This document shows positions 52,665 through 63,365 of a DNA stretch of 64,000 nt, piece after piece. The translations under genes were made by a program, and so were the position numbers. Below the pieces are notes generated by a model, which worked only from the letters and a program-made list of their open reading frames with translations, was not told where the DNA came from and ran no database searches. This DNA comes from an uncultured Chloroflexia bacterium (GTDB taxonomy: Bacteria > Chloroflexota > Limnocylindria > Limnocylindrales > CSP1-4), in assembly GCA_963816675.1 (NCBI GenBank), contig CAWFLS010000011.1, positions 207,430-271,429 on the forward strand. The letters run 5' to 3'. Position 1 is the first letter of the stretch; each line of letters opens with the position of its first letter.

Positions 52665-53450
52665 TTACGCACGCGGTGGCCGAGTTGCCACTATCGATGC
52701 CGCGATCTCGCGGATAAGAGAGAAGGCAGCCGATCGCGCGGCAGCGTCCTCGAAGCCGGTGCCGCCTCGGGCCAGCCGGCACCGAAGCGCCTCTTCGATC
52801 GTCGCCGCTGCTTGAGGGTGCCGGGCTTCGGCGGCGGCTGCGGCCTCCTGCTTTGACGTGTGCCTTCCTCGGAGGACGGTTTCCTCGGCGCGACACATCG
52901 TCAGCACCGTGTAGGCGAGGCCGCCAGGCGACAGGTCGCCGAGGTCGCGGCCAGCAAGCTGTCCGGCGTAGCGCCTCGCGGCGGCTACGAACTCGGCCCA
53001 CTCAACGGTCGGGATCAGTGACGTCGCGGGCTCGCCATAAAGCGTGACCCCCGTTTCGCGCGCCAGGTACCAGTTCTGGACCCACTCAACGGGTGCTTCC
53101 GTCCGAAGGTGAAACGGTTCGCCCGGGCTGATGACCGCAAGGCGGCCGGTACTGGTCCTGAACGAACGCAGTGCCTCCCGCCCGACATAGACGACCTCGA
53201 TCCGGTCGGTCCAGGCTGGATGCCGATCCGCGAACGCCGCGTGCATCGCCTTGAGGGCGCCGAGGTCAAGGTCGCCAGCGTCCGTCCGGGTGACCGCGAT
53301 CAGATCGAGGTCGCTCACGCCGGCATCGAAGCCGCCCGAGACGAACGACCCGTACACGTACAACCCCAGGAGGTCGCGGCCGAGCACTTCGCGCAGATCG
53401 CCAGCCAACTCTTCCAGAAGCGCCCGGATCTCGCGATCGTCCTCGACCAT
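52665..53450 (-). CDS. Nucleotidyltransferase-domain protein with DUF4111-like C-terminus (aminoglycoside adenylyltransferase ANT(3'')-like fold)
   Basis: Intact 261-aa ORF with LYVYGSFVSGGFDAGVSDLDLIAV (the G-S-x10-D-x-D NTase motif) and a helical C-domain. Confidence 0.7.
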   Translation of the reverse strand: MVEDDREIRALLEELAGDLREVLGRDLLGLYVYGSFVSGGFDAGVSDLDLIAVTRTDAGDLDLGALKAMHAAFADRHPAWTDRIEVVYVGREALRSFRTSTGRLAVISPGEPFHLRTEAPVEWVQNWYLARETGVTLYGEPATSLIPTVEWAEFVAAARRYAGQLAGRDLGDLSPGGLAYTVLTMCRAEETVLRGRHTSKQEAAAAAEARHPQAAATIEEALRCRLARGGTGFEDAAARSAAFSLIREIAASIVATRPPRA

Positions 53451-53545
53451 GTCGTCACGTTCCGCCGAACGGACATCGACGTCAATCGGGCAGTCGAGCG
53501 TTCGCTTGCCACCATCGGTCTGGACGAACCCGGCACACTTGGTCG

Positions 53546-54304
53546 ATGAGCTTCAACGTCGCCGCCGGCGCCTACGACCAATTCATGGGCCGGTATTCGG
53601 GGCCTCTCGCTCCCGAGTTCGCGTCGTTCGCCGGCGTCGCGCGCGGGCAACGCGTCATCGATGTCGGCTGCGGGCCGGGCGCTCTCACGCGGCAGTTGGT
53701 CGATCGCGTCGGCGCGTCATCTGTCGTCGCGGTCGATCCGTCGGAACCCTTCGTCGAAGCGGTGCGAGAGCGTCTGCCGGAGGTGACGGTCGAACTGGCG
53801 TCGGCGGAGGGACTCCCGTTCGACGACGAGTCGTTCGACGCTGCCCTGGCTCAGCTGGTCGTCCACTTCATGGCCGATCCGGTTGCGGGCCTCGCGGAGA
53901 TGGCTCGGGTGACGCGGTCGGAGGGGACGATCGCGGCCTGTGTCTGGGACCACGCGGGCGAGCACGGGCCGCTGGGAACGTTCTGGCAAGCCGCCCGGGT
54001 CCTCGATCCCGGCATTCACGACGAGTCGGACCTCGCTGGAGCGCGCGAAGGACACCTGGCGGAGCTGTTCTCGGCTGCAGGAGTGCGCGCTGTCGAGTCG
54101 ACGATCCTGACCGTCCGCGTCGAGCATCCGACCTTCGAGGAATGGTGGGAGCCGTTCACCCTCGGCGTCGGGCCCGCCGGCGCGTACACCGCGGCGTTGG
54201 ATCCAGATCGTCGGGCGCGGCTTCGCGAGATCTGCCACGAACGCCTGCCCGACGAGCCGTTCGTCGTGACCGCACGCGCCTGGGCAGCGAAGGGGAAGGT
54301 GTAG
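53546..54304 (+). CDS. Class I SAM-dependent methyltransferase
   Basis: Intact 252-aa ORF with motif I VIDVGCGPGALT, then FDAALAQLVVHFM. Confidence 0.8.
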   Translation: MSFNVAAGAYDQFMGRYSGPLAPEFASFAGVARGQRVIDVGCGPGALTRQLVDRVGASSVVAVDPSEPFVEAVRERLPEVTVELASAEGLPFDDESFDAALAQLVVHFMADPVAGLAEMARVTRSEGTIAACVWDHAGEHGPLGTFWQAARVLDPGIHDESDLAGAREGHLAELFSAAGVRAVESTILTVRVEHPTFEEWWEPFTLGVGPAGAYTAALDPDRRARLREICHERLPDEPFVVTARAWAAKGKV

Positions 54305-54399
54305 CGGTCTCGGGGGCGCGCGCCGCAGACGCGAAGGTTCCCGGGTCGTGCGTTCGGCGTCGCGCCGACCCGCGCCGACCGCGCCGACCGAGCCGGCCG

Positions 54400-55332
54400 C
54401 TACGGCTCCGGCAGGCCGAGAGCGCGGGCAGCCCAAGCCAGACTCGTCCGGGACTGGCGGATCTGGAGCGGACGCACGTGCGGTGCTTCCGGGATCGGTG
54501 GCTCGCCTGCCCGCGCGCAGAAGTAGCCGGCGACCCATGCGGCGAGCCCCGGCGCATCGGGCAGGATGCTCTCCGGCGGCGGACCGCCCTCGTCATGCAG
54601 GCTCGGGAGCCAGAACGCGACGTCCCAGTCCGGGTTGCCGAGCTGGGCGTGGTTCCAGTCTAGGATGACGGCCCGCGCGCGGCGGAAGCAGAGGTTGTCA
54701 CTTCGGATGTCGAGGTGGATGAGGTCGCTCCCCCCAAGCGGCGCGTCCCCCGCCGCCGTCGTCAACGTCGGGAGCGCCGTCTCGAGCCACTCCCGGGAAC
54801 AGAGCCCGAGGCGAAGGAACGGCTCAGGATCAGCGGCGACCGCCTCCCAGTCGGCGCGTTGGTCCTCGGGTCGCTCAGTGAGATGGCCGGGCGGAAGAGT
54901 TCGATGGACGGCATCGAGCGCATCGAGGACTGCGGTCACCAGGGCATCGGTCCACGGCGGCGGCCACTCGGCCCCGGACAGGTCTTCGAGGGCGAGGACC
55001 GGCCGCGCTCCGTCGTCGTCGAAGCCGAGGACCTCCGGGAGGAACCAGCCGTCGAGTGCGCGGTAGTTCGTGTGCTCGACGCGCGTCCATTCGGCCGTCA
55101 GGCTGGTCGCCCCGATCTTCACGAACGCCGAGCGGGTGCCCAAACGTCCCGCATCCTTCTCACCGTCGGCGACGATCCAACGCGCCCCGGCGCCACCCTC
55201 GCCACGATCGGCGGCCGCGGGCCGGAATCGACTCGGACGCCAGCCGAGCGCCCGCTCGATCCGATCCACGTCGGCGGCTGGCGGCGCGTCGGCGCCAGAT
55301 CCGTCTCGAGCTCGCGTCAGCGCGGCGCCCAC
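54400..55332 (-). CDS. Phosphotransferase enzyme family (APH-like kinase) protein
   Basis: C-terminal ~310 aa of ORF 54400..57582. LIHLDIRSDNLCF (Brenner motif HxDxxxxN) and ILDWNHAQLGNPDWDVAF. GTG at 55332 overlaps the upstream stop. Confidence 0.7.
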   Translation of the reverse strand: MGAALTRARDGSGADAPPAADVDRIERALGWRPSRFRPAAADRGEGGAGARWIVADGEKDAGRLGTRSAFVKIGATSLTAEWTRVEHTNYRALDGWFLPEVLGFDDDGARPVLALEDLSGAEWPPPWTDALVTAVLDALDAVHRTLPPGHLTERPEDQRADWEAVAADPEPFLRLGLCSREWLETALPTLTTAAGDAPLGGSDLIHLDIRSDNLCFRRARAVILDWNHAQLGNPDWDVAFWLPSLHDEGGPPPESILPDAPGLAAWVAGYFCARAGEPPIPEAPHVRPLQIRQSRTSLAWAARALGLPEP

Positions 55333-56163
55333 GTGATGATCGCGATGTCGTTCGGGCCACGACCGCGGATCGTCCAGCCATCGGGGCCTTCCTCGGCGAG
55401 CTCGTCGAGGGCGGCCTGGAGTCGCGCCTCCTTCGGTCCTTCCGGCTCGATCCACAGCTGCCGGCGGGCGAAGCCCTCCAGCGCCGCGCGCGATTCCAGC
55501 CGGCGGGCGTCCGTCGTCACCGAGACGATGTCGGGGCGGCGGCCACGCGCCCGCAGGATCTCGACGAACTCGGGCATCGCCGGGCAATGGGACGCGCGCC
55601 TCTCCGTGCACGATCGGCCAGAACGGGTCGGCCGCCGACGCCGGGACCTGTGTCATCAGCACCGCCACGCACACTCGGCGCGCGGCGGCCTCGAGCGCGT
55701 CGAGGAACGGGCCGATCGCCTCGATGTCATAGCCGACCTGGGCTATCAGCACGACGTCGGCCGTGATCGCGGCTGCGGCGGTGCCGTCGGGCGCAGGCCA
55801 GCGCGCTTCGATCGTTCGGACGTTCTCGAGGGCATAGTCGGCGGCGATCTCGCGAAGGGCCTCGAGCATCGAAGGCGAAACATCGAGCGCGACGACCTCG
55901 CCACCCGAGGCGTCCAGCGCGCGCGCCAGGGGGAGCGCGAAACGGCCAGCCCCCGCGCCGACGTCGAGCCAGCGGTCGCCCTGACGGGCGAGCCCAAGCA
56001 ACCGTTCGAGGACTGGGTCGTCGGTCCGTGTGGGGTCCGCCCGGAACAGCGACTGGACCGGCGCGTAGAAATCGGTCCCGTCCGGCACCTCGCGAACACG
56101 GTCGACTTGTTCGCGGTTGGCCCGCACCCGGGCGGCCCAGGCTGCCTCGGCGATCGCAGCCAT
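55317..56163 (-). CDS. SAM-dependent methyltransferase; one frame break ~55580; may be fused to the upstream MocA-like domain
   Basis: WLDVGAGAGRFALPLA (motif I) and VVALDVSPSML are in ORF 54400..57582. The tail is in ORF 55317..55577. No stop separates it from the MocA-like reading frame. Confidence 0.6.
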
Positions 56164-56735
56164 GTCCGCGGGCGTGTCGAGGTCAGGGTTGGCGCCTTCG
56201 ATCGGGACCTCGATGACCAACTCCGGGTGCGCCTCGAGGACCGGGCCGAGGCCACGATCGCCCTCAGCCTCGGCTGCCAGACGGAACGCGGCCCGCCGCA
56301 GCAGGACCGGATTCCGGCCGCGATCGTCGCGGTACGCCGGGACGACCACGGGTCGCGCGGGATCCGGCGGCGCGGACGAAAAGCGCCTCGATCGCCTCGA
56401 GCGGAACGAGCGGCTGGTCGCCAAGCGCGATGAGAGCCGCGCCGGCAGATCCGTCGGCGGCGACGGCGTCCACACCGAGCCGAAGCGAGCTCGAGAGCCC
56501 TCGGCCCGGGTCCGGGTTACGGACACGGCGCTCGGTCCGCCACTCGATCGCGGCCTCGATCGCCGGCGTCTCGTCGCCGAGGACGACGACCACGTCGTCG
56601 AACCCCGGCTGCGGCAAGCCTGTCGAGGACGTGCTGCAGGACCGGCCGGCCGAACAGCGGCGCCAGGAGCTTGCCGCCGCCGAACCGAGATCCCGCCCCA
56701 GCGGCAAGCACGACCCCGACCACGTGTTCCGTCAT
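56164..56735 (-). CDS. MobA/MocA-like molybdenum cofactor nucleotidyltransferase; two frame breaks
   Basis: MTEHVVGVVLAAGAGSRFGGGKLLAPLFGRPVLQHVL, then (shifts) FDDVVVVLGDE...ALGDQPLV...NPVLL...ANPDLDTPADM. Confidence 0.7.
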
Positions 56736-56830
56736 CGCCCGACCGTACCGCATCGACGATCGCGTGACGAGCCGCCGCGAGGGACCGCGCGCGCATCGGC
56801 CGTGGACTTGGACCAGTCCCGCCCGCCCGT

Positions 56831-58648
56831 CCTACCCCGCGCAGCCAGGATCGTTTGACCGGTAGACGTACAGCGGCCGCCAGGCGCCTCGGAACAGGAA
56901 CATCGGGTACGCCCTCGCGCCGCTTCTCGGCCAGCACCATATCGGGCCATTTCACCGGAGAGTTCGTGACGACGACGCACTGCCGGTACGACGGCCAGAA
57001 CCTCGTGTAGCGCGCCCTGTTCACCGGGATCGGCGCGTTGATCTGGGCCGTGTCCGTGGTCGCATGTTGACCAAGCCAGTCGAATCCGGCGTCGATCCAC
57101 ATCGGCGGGACGCCTCGCGCGACCTCGTCCTCGCCGGCTTTCCACAGGGCTGCGTCGTACGCCATGGAGTTGAGCATCAGCAGCACGGACATCGTTCCGG
57201 TGAACGCGAGCATCGCCCCGGCGATCAGGTTCGCGACCGGTGGGAACCGGCGTCCCGACCATCGACGCTGGCCGTATCGACCGCGCGGTCGCGCGCCGGG
57301 TGCGACGGTCTCGGCAGGACGCCACAGCAGCAAGCACGGAAATGGTGAACACGAGCGGCCATGTGTACCGGTCGAACATCGACAGAACGATCCCGAACAC
57401 GATGATCCCGACGCCGTAGATGGCCGTGAACACAAGGAGCAAACCAACGACCGAACCGAGCTCCGTTGGCCGGCGGCGAACGTCCAACGCTCGAAGCAAC
57501 CTCGGGGCGCCCGCACCGATCGCCGCTCCGAGCGCCGCGAATCCGACGAACGCGGCGACGATGGCCAGGAAGCCGATGGCATCCCAGAACTCGAACGGGA
57601 ATACCGCCGGCCGCGTGCCTGCGAGCAGCTGGGCTTCAGGCGAACCGCCGCGAGAGAAGACGTTGCCGACGATCGTCCGGAGGTGGTCCCTCCCGCTCAG
57701 GTGGGGAAGCAGCGCGATGTCGCCCGCGAAGAGGACGGCCGCGACGACGATCCCCGACACCCCGCCGACGATCGCCCGTCGTCGTGCCCCGGAATCGGTC
57801 ATGCGCCGCCACCTCGGGATCCAGGTCGCTGCGCCCAGGACCATGGCCGGGGCGAGGAAGAACGCGAGGGTCGATGTGGCGTGGATCGTTCGACCCACTT
57901 CGTCCGGCCCGAATACCGGCGTCGTGGAATCGACCTGGCCCGGCAAGGCCCCGATGGCGAAATAGATCACGGCGGCCGCGCCAAGGACGGCAGCAAACGC
58001 GACGGCGTAACGGGCGACCCGCCGCGCCGGATCAGACAGGAATGCGACGACGAGCACGGAGACGGGTGCCGCCAACGCGAACTCTCGGATGCTGAACGCC
58101 CAGCAGCCGGCGAGGAGTGAGGCGATGAGCCACCGCCATCGATGCTGATCGTCGGTGCGGTTGAGGGCCGCCGCGCCCAGCGTGAGGCACAGCATCTCCC
58201 CGGCGAACGCCGGCAGGTCGGTCATGAACGTGGTCGTGTTGCGAAGCACACCGGGAATGAGCAGCACGGTGAGCACGGCGAACGTTGCGCGCGGCGGCGC
58301 CAGGAGCCGCCGCGCGAGGTGATAGCTCGCGACGATCCCGATCCCCACGAGCGCCGCCGCCGACAGCGCGAACGCCCACGCGCTGCCGCCGAGCAGCCAC
58401 ATGAATGGGAGCGTGAAGAACACCTGTCCCAGCAGCGTCATCACGGTCCAACCCGTGAACTGGATGCGGCCCTCGTCGAACAGCGTCGTCGCGACGCGCC
58501 GGTAGCCGAAGTCGTCGTTGTGGGGAACGAGGATGGCGCCGCCGATCGTCGCGATCACGCCCGGTATGACGACCGCGAGGACAAAGAGCCCCACGACGAT
58601 CCACGGATCACGCGCGTCGCGCAGGAGGCGGCGGCGGGCGGTCGTCAC
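56831..58648 (-). CDS. Polytopic GT-C-type (ArnT/PMT family 39-like) glycosyltransferase-like membrane protein; two frame breaks
   Basis: ORF 56732..58648 has more than 10 TM helices and an early loop HNDDFGYRR. The tail domain lies in the ORF 54400..57582 frame (AYDAALWKAGEDEVARGVPPMWIDAGFDW...) and likely ends ...YVYRSNDPGCAG*. Confidence 0.5.
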
Positions 58649-58708
58649 GGCCCGGATTGTATCGATGCCGGGGGACTTCGAAGGGCCGACCCGAAGGACC
58701 GGCCCGAG

Positions 58709-59830
58709 CTATGCCGTTGCCAGCGCCGCCTGCTCGAGCATCGGCCGTCCCGAGCCGCCATATCGCTCGGCGACGATCTCGGCGAGGATCGCCAACGCAG
58801 TCTCGGCGGGTGCGCGCCCACCGAGGTCGAGACCGATCGGACCATGCAGTCGGGCGAGGTCCTCCTGGCTTACACCGGCTTCGAGCAGCCGTGCCCGCCG
58901 ATCGGCCTGCGTCTTGCGCGATCCGACTGCGCCAACGTAACGGCAGCCGCGGCGAAGCGCTTCGATGATCGCGGGCTCGTCGAACTTCACGTCGTGCGAC
59001 AGAACGGCGACGGCGTCGTTCGGCCCGAGACCGATGTCGTCGGCGACCTCGTCGGGCCAGCCGACGACCAGTCGATCGACGTCCGGGAAGCGCTCAGGCG
59101 TCGCGAAGGCCGCCCGCCCATCGACGACCACGGTCTCGAACCCCAGCTCGCGGGCGAGGCGCACGAGCGAACGGGCGACTTCGACGCCACCGACGAGGAC
59201 GAGCCGCGGCCGGACCGGGAAGACCTCGATGAAGTAGGAGCGGTCACCGAGGTCGACGGTCCGCGACAGTCCGCGGCGGAGCGCGGCTGTGGCGGCTTCG
59301 ACCAGCGCGGCGTCCAGGTCGGGCGGAACCCAACGACCCCTCGAGTGTGCCGTCGTCGCGGACGACCAGCTCGGCGGCCGGCGGCGCGCCATCGCCCGGC
59401 TGATGCGCCCCGAATGTCCCGGGCGGCGAATCGGCGGGCAGTGGCGTCACGACGGCCGAACCATGCCCGCCTGACCCCACCGACCGTCGGGCCGCGTCGA
59501 CGACCACCGCGGGCGCCACCGGCTCGACGAGGACGTCGATCGTGCCGCCGCAGGCAAGGCCCACGTCCCATGCCTGTTCGTCCGAGATCCCGTAGCGGAT
59601 GACGCGGGCGTGACCCGTCGCCCGCGCCCGGTCGATCTCCTCGGCCGCGGCGCCCTCGACGCAGCCACCGCTGACGGAGCCGGCGATCCGGCCGTCGCGG
59701 GCGTACAGCAGACGGCGCCCTCGGGGCGCGGCGCCGACCCGAACGTCCGGACGACGACGGCCCGGCCGACATCGGCGGGATCGGTGCCGGCAGACTCCCA
59801 GCCGGCGATCGTGTCGAGCAGTTCCTTCAT
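58709..59830 (-). CDS. XdhC/CoxF-family accessory protein (second copy); frame breaks
   Basis: N-terminus MKELLDTIAGWESAG...VVVRTFGSAPRPEGA (ORF 59447..59830). The Rossmann half is RLVLVGGVEVARSLVRLARELGFETVVVDGR...GPIGLDLGGRAPAE (ORF 58709..59392). Confidence 0.8.
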
Positions 59831-61273
59831 CGAAGTGGCCTCGGAGCGGATGGGTCGATGGTCTCACCGCCGACGACAGACGGCACGCCGGCGACCGGCG
59901 GGAGTTGGTGCCGGGCAAGGCGGCGTGGGCTGCCGCCTCGCTCCCCCGCCGCGTGTCGCCCGCGCGAACGCCGCCGAGGATCTCGCCGAGTCGTTCCAGG
60001 CTCGCGACCGTACCGGCGGGGAGGAAGTCGTCGATGTAGGGATAGGCGGCGCGCATCCCGCCGGCGAGCGGCTGATAGCCCGGCGTGCCGGCAAGAGGGT
60101 TGAGCCACACGAGCCGATGGCAGTTGCGGCGGAGGCGGGCGGTCTCGATCGCGACGAGCGCAGGATCGCCGCGGTCCCAGCCGTCGGAGACGACGATGAC
60201 GACGCCCGAGGTCCGGAGCGAACGTCGGGCCCACGTCTGGTTGAACGTCCGGAACGACTCGCCGATCCGCGTCCCGCCGGCCCAGTCGTTGACCGAATCG
60301 GCGACGCGCGCGAGCGCGCGGTCGCGATCGCGGTCGCGCAGGAGCCGGGTGACCCTGGTCAGCCGCGTTCCGAAGACGAACGACTCCGTCCGCACTTCCG
60401 ACGCCGCCGAGAGGGCCTGCACGAACCGGAGCAGGAGCCGCGAGTGGCGCTCCATCGAGCCGGAGATGTCGCACAGCACGACGAGCGAGCGGGGCTCCTT
60501 GATCTGACGGCGCCAGACCCACGACAGCAGCTGACCACCGGTCCCGAGGTTCCGCCGGAACATCGCCCGCGGCGCGAGCCTGCGGCCGTGCGAGTGGAGC
60601 TCGTAGCGTCGGGTCCGGCGGCGCTCGAGCCGCGGCAGCAGGGCGTCGACGAGCCGCTCGGCTTCGCGCAGCTCGCCGGGCGTCATCCGATCGAACTCGC
60701 GGTGGCGCAGGATCTCGCCTTGCGAGTAGGCGTCGGGCGAGATGACGATCGCCCTCGACGTCCGACTCATCGCCGTCGTCGCCGTCCGACGGAACCGGGA
60801 TGCCGCGTTCGTCGGGGGCCATCTCGCCTGGTTGCTGTCCGGCCTCCTGCGCCGCGGCGCCGTCCGCTGCTCCTCGAGGTCCGGGGCTCGTCGCGGGGCA
60901 GAGTGCTCGGCGCGAAGTCGCCCGGAAGTCGCGACCCGCGCCGACGCCACCATCGATCGAAGACGGCGTCGTAGATCGGCCGGTCGTCGCGACGCCGGGT
61001 GAAGATCGCCTCGCCGGCGGCCCGGACCTGCTCGCGCTCGGACAGGTCGACGAGCGTCAGCGCGCGAGCGAAGTCGATGGCGGCGCCGAGATCGACCGGG
61101 AGGTGGGCGGTCCGCAACGCCCGCCCGAAACCGACGGATTCGGCGAGCAGCCGACGACCATCGATGTCCGGTCCGGACGGCGACCGGACGACGGCCGGGT
61201 CGCCGTTCACGGAGTCAGCTCGCGAGCCGTGGATGACGGCCTCGCACGCGCCGGTTCCAGAGGCTCCGATCAT
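59830..61273 (-). CDS. coxE: VWA-domain CoxE-like protein; frame breaks; 3' end uncertain
   Basis: ATG at 61273 (ORF 60767..61273). The VWA core LVVLCDISGSMERHSRLLLRF...VIVVSDGWDRGD...LVWLNPLAG is in ORF 59244..60953. Confidence 0.8.
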
Positions 61274-61279
61274 GCCGCA

Positions 61280-62223
61280 TCAGCCGCCGGCGGCAGCCTC
61301 GGCGAGATACCGCCTCGTCGCGTCGCCGCGGACCTGGCGGATGTCCTCCTCGTACTTGAGGACGACGCCGAGGGTCTCGTCGACCAGCTCCGGCGCGAGC
61401 TCGCGGGCACCGAGGGACAGCAAGCGCAGCGGCCCAGTCGAGCGTCTCGGCGATGCCCGGGACCTTGGTCAGGTCGGCCTGGCGGAGGCGGTGGACGAAG
61501 CCGACCACCTCGCGGGCGAGGCGCTCCGGAGCCTCGGGGACGCGCGCGAGGACGATCTCGTACTCCTTCTGGGCGGTCGGGTAGTCGATCCAGTGGTAGA
61601 GGCACCGACGCTTGAGCGCGTCGTGGACCTCGCGGGTCCGGTTCGAGGTGAGGACGACGCGCGGCGGCGTCTCGGCCCGGATCGTGCCGATCTCGGGGAC
61701 GGTGACCTGGAAGTCGGACAGGATCTCGAGGAGATAGGCCTCGAACTCCTCGTCGGCCCGGTCGATCTCATCGATGAGGAGGACCGGCGCGACGCCGTCG
61801 CTGGCTCTCGAGCGCCTGGAGGAGCGGCCGGCGGATCAGGAAATCGCGACCGAAGATGTCGTGGGCGGTCGCGCGGTCCGCCTCGCCGCGGGCCTCGAGC
61901 AGCCGGATCTCGAGCATCTGGCGCGGGTAGTTCCACTCGTAGACGGCGGTGTTGACGTCGAGGCCCTCGTAGCACTGGAGCCGGATCAGCCGCGCACCGA
62001 GGCTCGCCGCGAGGACCTTCGCGAGCTCGGTCTTGCCGACGCCGGCCTCCCCCTCGAGAAGCAGCGGGCGGCCGAGCTCGAGCGCGAGGAAGACGGCCGT
62101 GGCGAGCGACCGGTCCGTGATGTAGTCACGGCCGCGGAAAGTCGTCCTGGATCGCCTCGATCGAGCGGGTGCCGGCGGGGCGCCCGTCGCGCGCGGTCTC
62201 GGACGGGTGGAGGTGTCGGTCAT
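61280..62223 (-). CDS. coxD: MoxR-type AAA+ ATPase CoxD-like; frame breaks
   Basis: LLEGEAGVGKTELAKVLA (Walker A) is in ORF 61768..62223. Then LLIDEIDRADEEFEAYLLEILSDFQVTVPE, TSNRTREVHDALKRRCLY and PGIAETLDWAAAL in shifted frames. Confidence 0.85.
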
Positions 62224-62285
62224 CGACGGAATCTACACGTCACGTGCTCGGGACCGGGCGGACGGCGCGCGGGCGGCACCGTCCC

Positions 62286-63328
62286 CTACCCGTCCGGGGC
62301 GTCGAACTCGCGGGCGTAGGGCGGGAAGCGGAAGCGCTGCGTGCGGGTGAGGATGCCGCCGTGACCGAGCTTGGCGACGTCGTCGCCGAGGCCGGTCGCC
62401 CGGACAGGAGTCGCGGCAGCAGCAGGTCGGCGGCGGTCGCCTTCGAGTATGCCCCGCACGTCGGCAGGCCGAGGATCGCCGTCCGCCGGATCCGTGCGAG
62501 CCAGAGCATCGAACCCGGGTGGGCCGGCACGCCACGCCGCACGACATGACCGCCGAGCGACGTCGATCGCGAGGAAGCAGGGGTCCAGCGGGTCGGTGCT
62601 GGCGGCGCCGGCGGTAAGGATGAGGTCGACCGGATCGGACCCGCGCACGAACGCCGACATCGCCGCCTCGACAGCCTCGACGTCGTCCTCGACGTACTCG
62701 ATCGCGACGATCTCCGAGCCCGAGCCCCTGGATCTTCGCCCGGACGCTCGACTCGAACCGGTCGCGGGCGATCCCGCGGATCGACTCCTTGACGATGACG
62801 CCGACCCGCCGGCGGCTCGAATGCGGCCACCCACACGAGCGGCCGGCGACCGAAACCGCGCCACTGACCCTGCCGCGATCGACCACAGCCTCCTCGACGA
62901 GGTGCGGCGCGACCTTGACGCTCGCCGACGAGGTCGCCGGGCGAGACGATCTGGCCGTCGAAGACCGTGAACACCTCCGAGCGGGTCGATCCGGTTGAGC
63001 CGCTCGAGCTCCGCGATTCGCACGTTGACGACGCCCGAAACGGCGGCGACGAGGTCGACCCGGCTCTGCGACGGCCCTCGCGTCGACCACACCCGGGACC
63101 GCCGACCGCAGCGGCCAGACGGATCGCCGCCTCGTCCTCGTGAAGCTCGCCCGGCTCGGCGATCAGGACGGTCAGCGGCTCGCCGGCATCGGCCGCGCCG
63201 ACCGCCGCGAGGTCGTCACGAGGACAGCCGCCGGCCCTTCGACCAGCGCTCCGCCCCGATCGTCACGTCCCGGGCGAGGATCGACCCTGCGAGCCGGGCC
63301 GGCGGTCGCCGGCCCGGAATGATCCGCT
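62286..63328 (-). CDS. Molybdopterin-binding (MoCF_biosynth/MoeA-CinA-like domain) protein typical of cox/xdh accessory clusters; several frame breaks
   Basis: GTG at 63328. Pieces: LAGSILARDV...; HEDEAAIRLAAAV; SQSRVDLVAAVSGVVNV; VGVIVKESIRG...; LILTAGAASTDPLDP; GVPAHPGSMLWLARI...LGLPTCGAYSKATAADLLLPRLL. Confidence 0.6.
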
Positions 63329-63365
63329 CGACCTGCACGCGGCGCCGAGAGAGACCGGCGGCCGG

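Noticed and set aside
54400-57582. 1060-aa ORF as a single giant protein
   Set aside because: It concatenates the tail of a GT-C membrane protein, a MocA-like domain, a methyltransferase and an APH-like kinase in one stop-free frame. Domain boundaries, internal starts and frame slips indicate separate genes.
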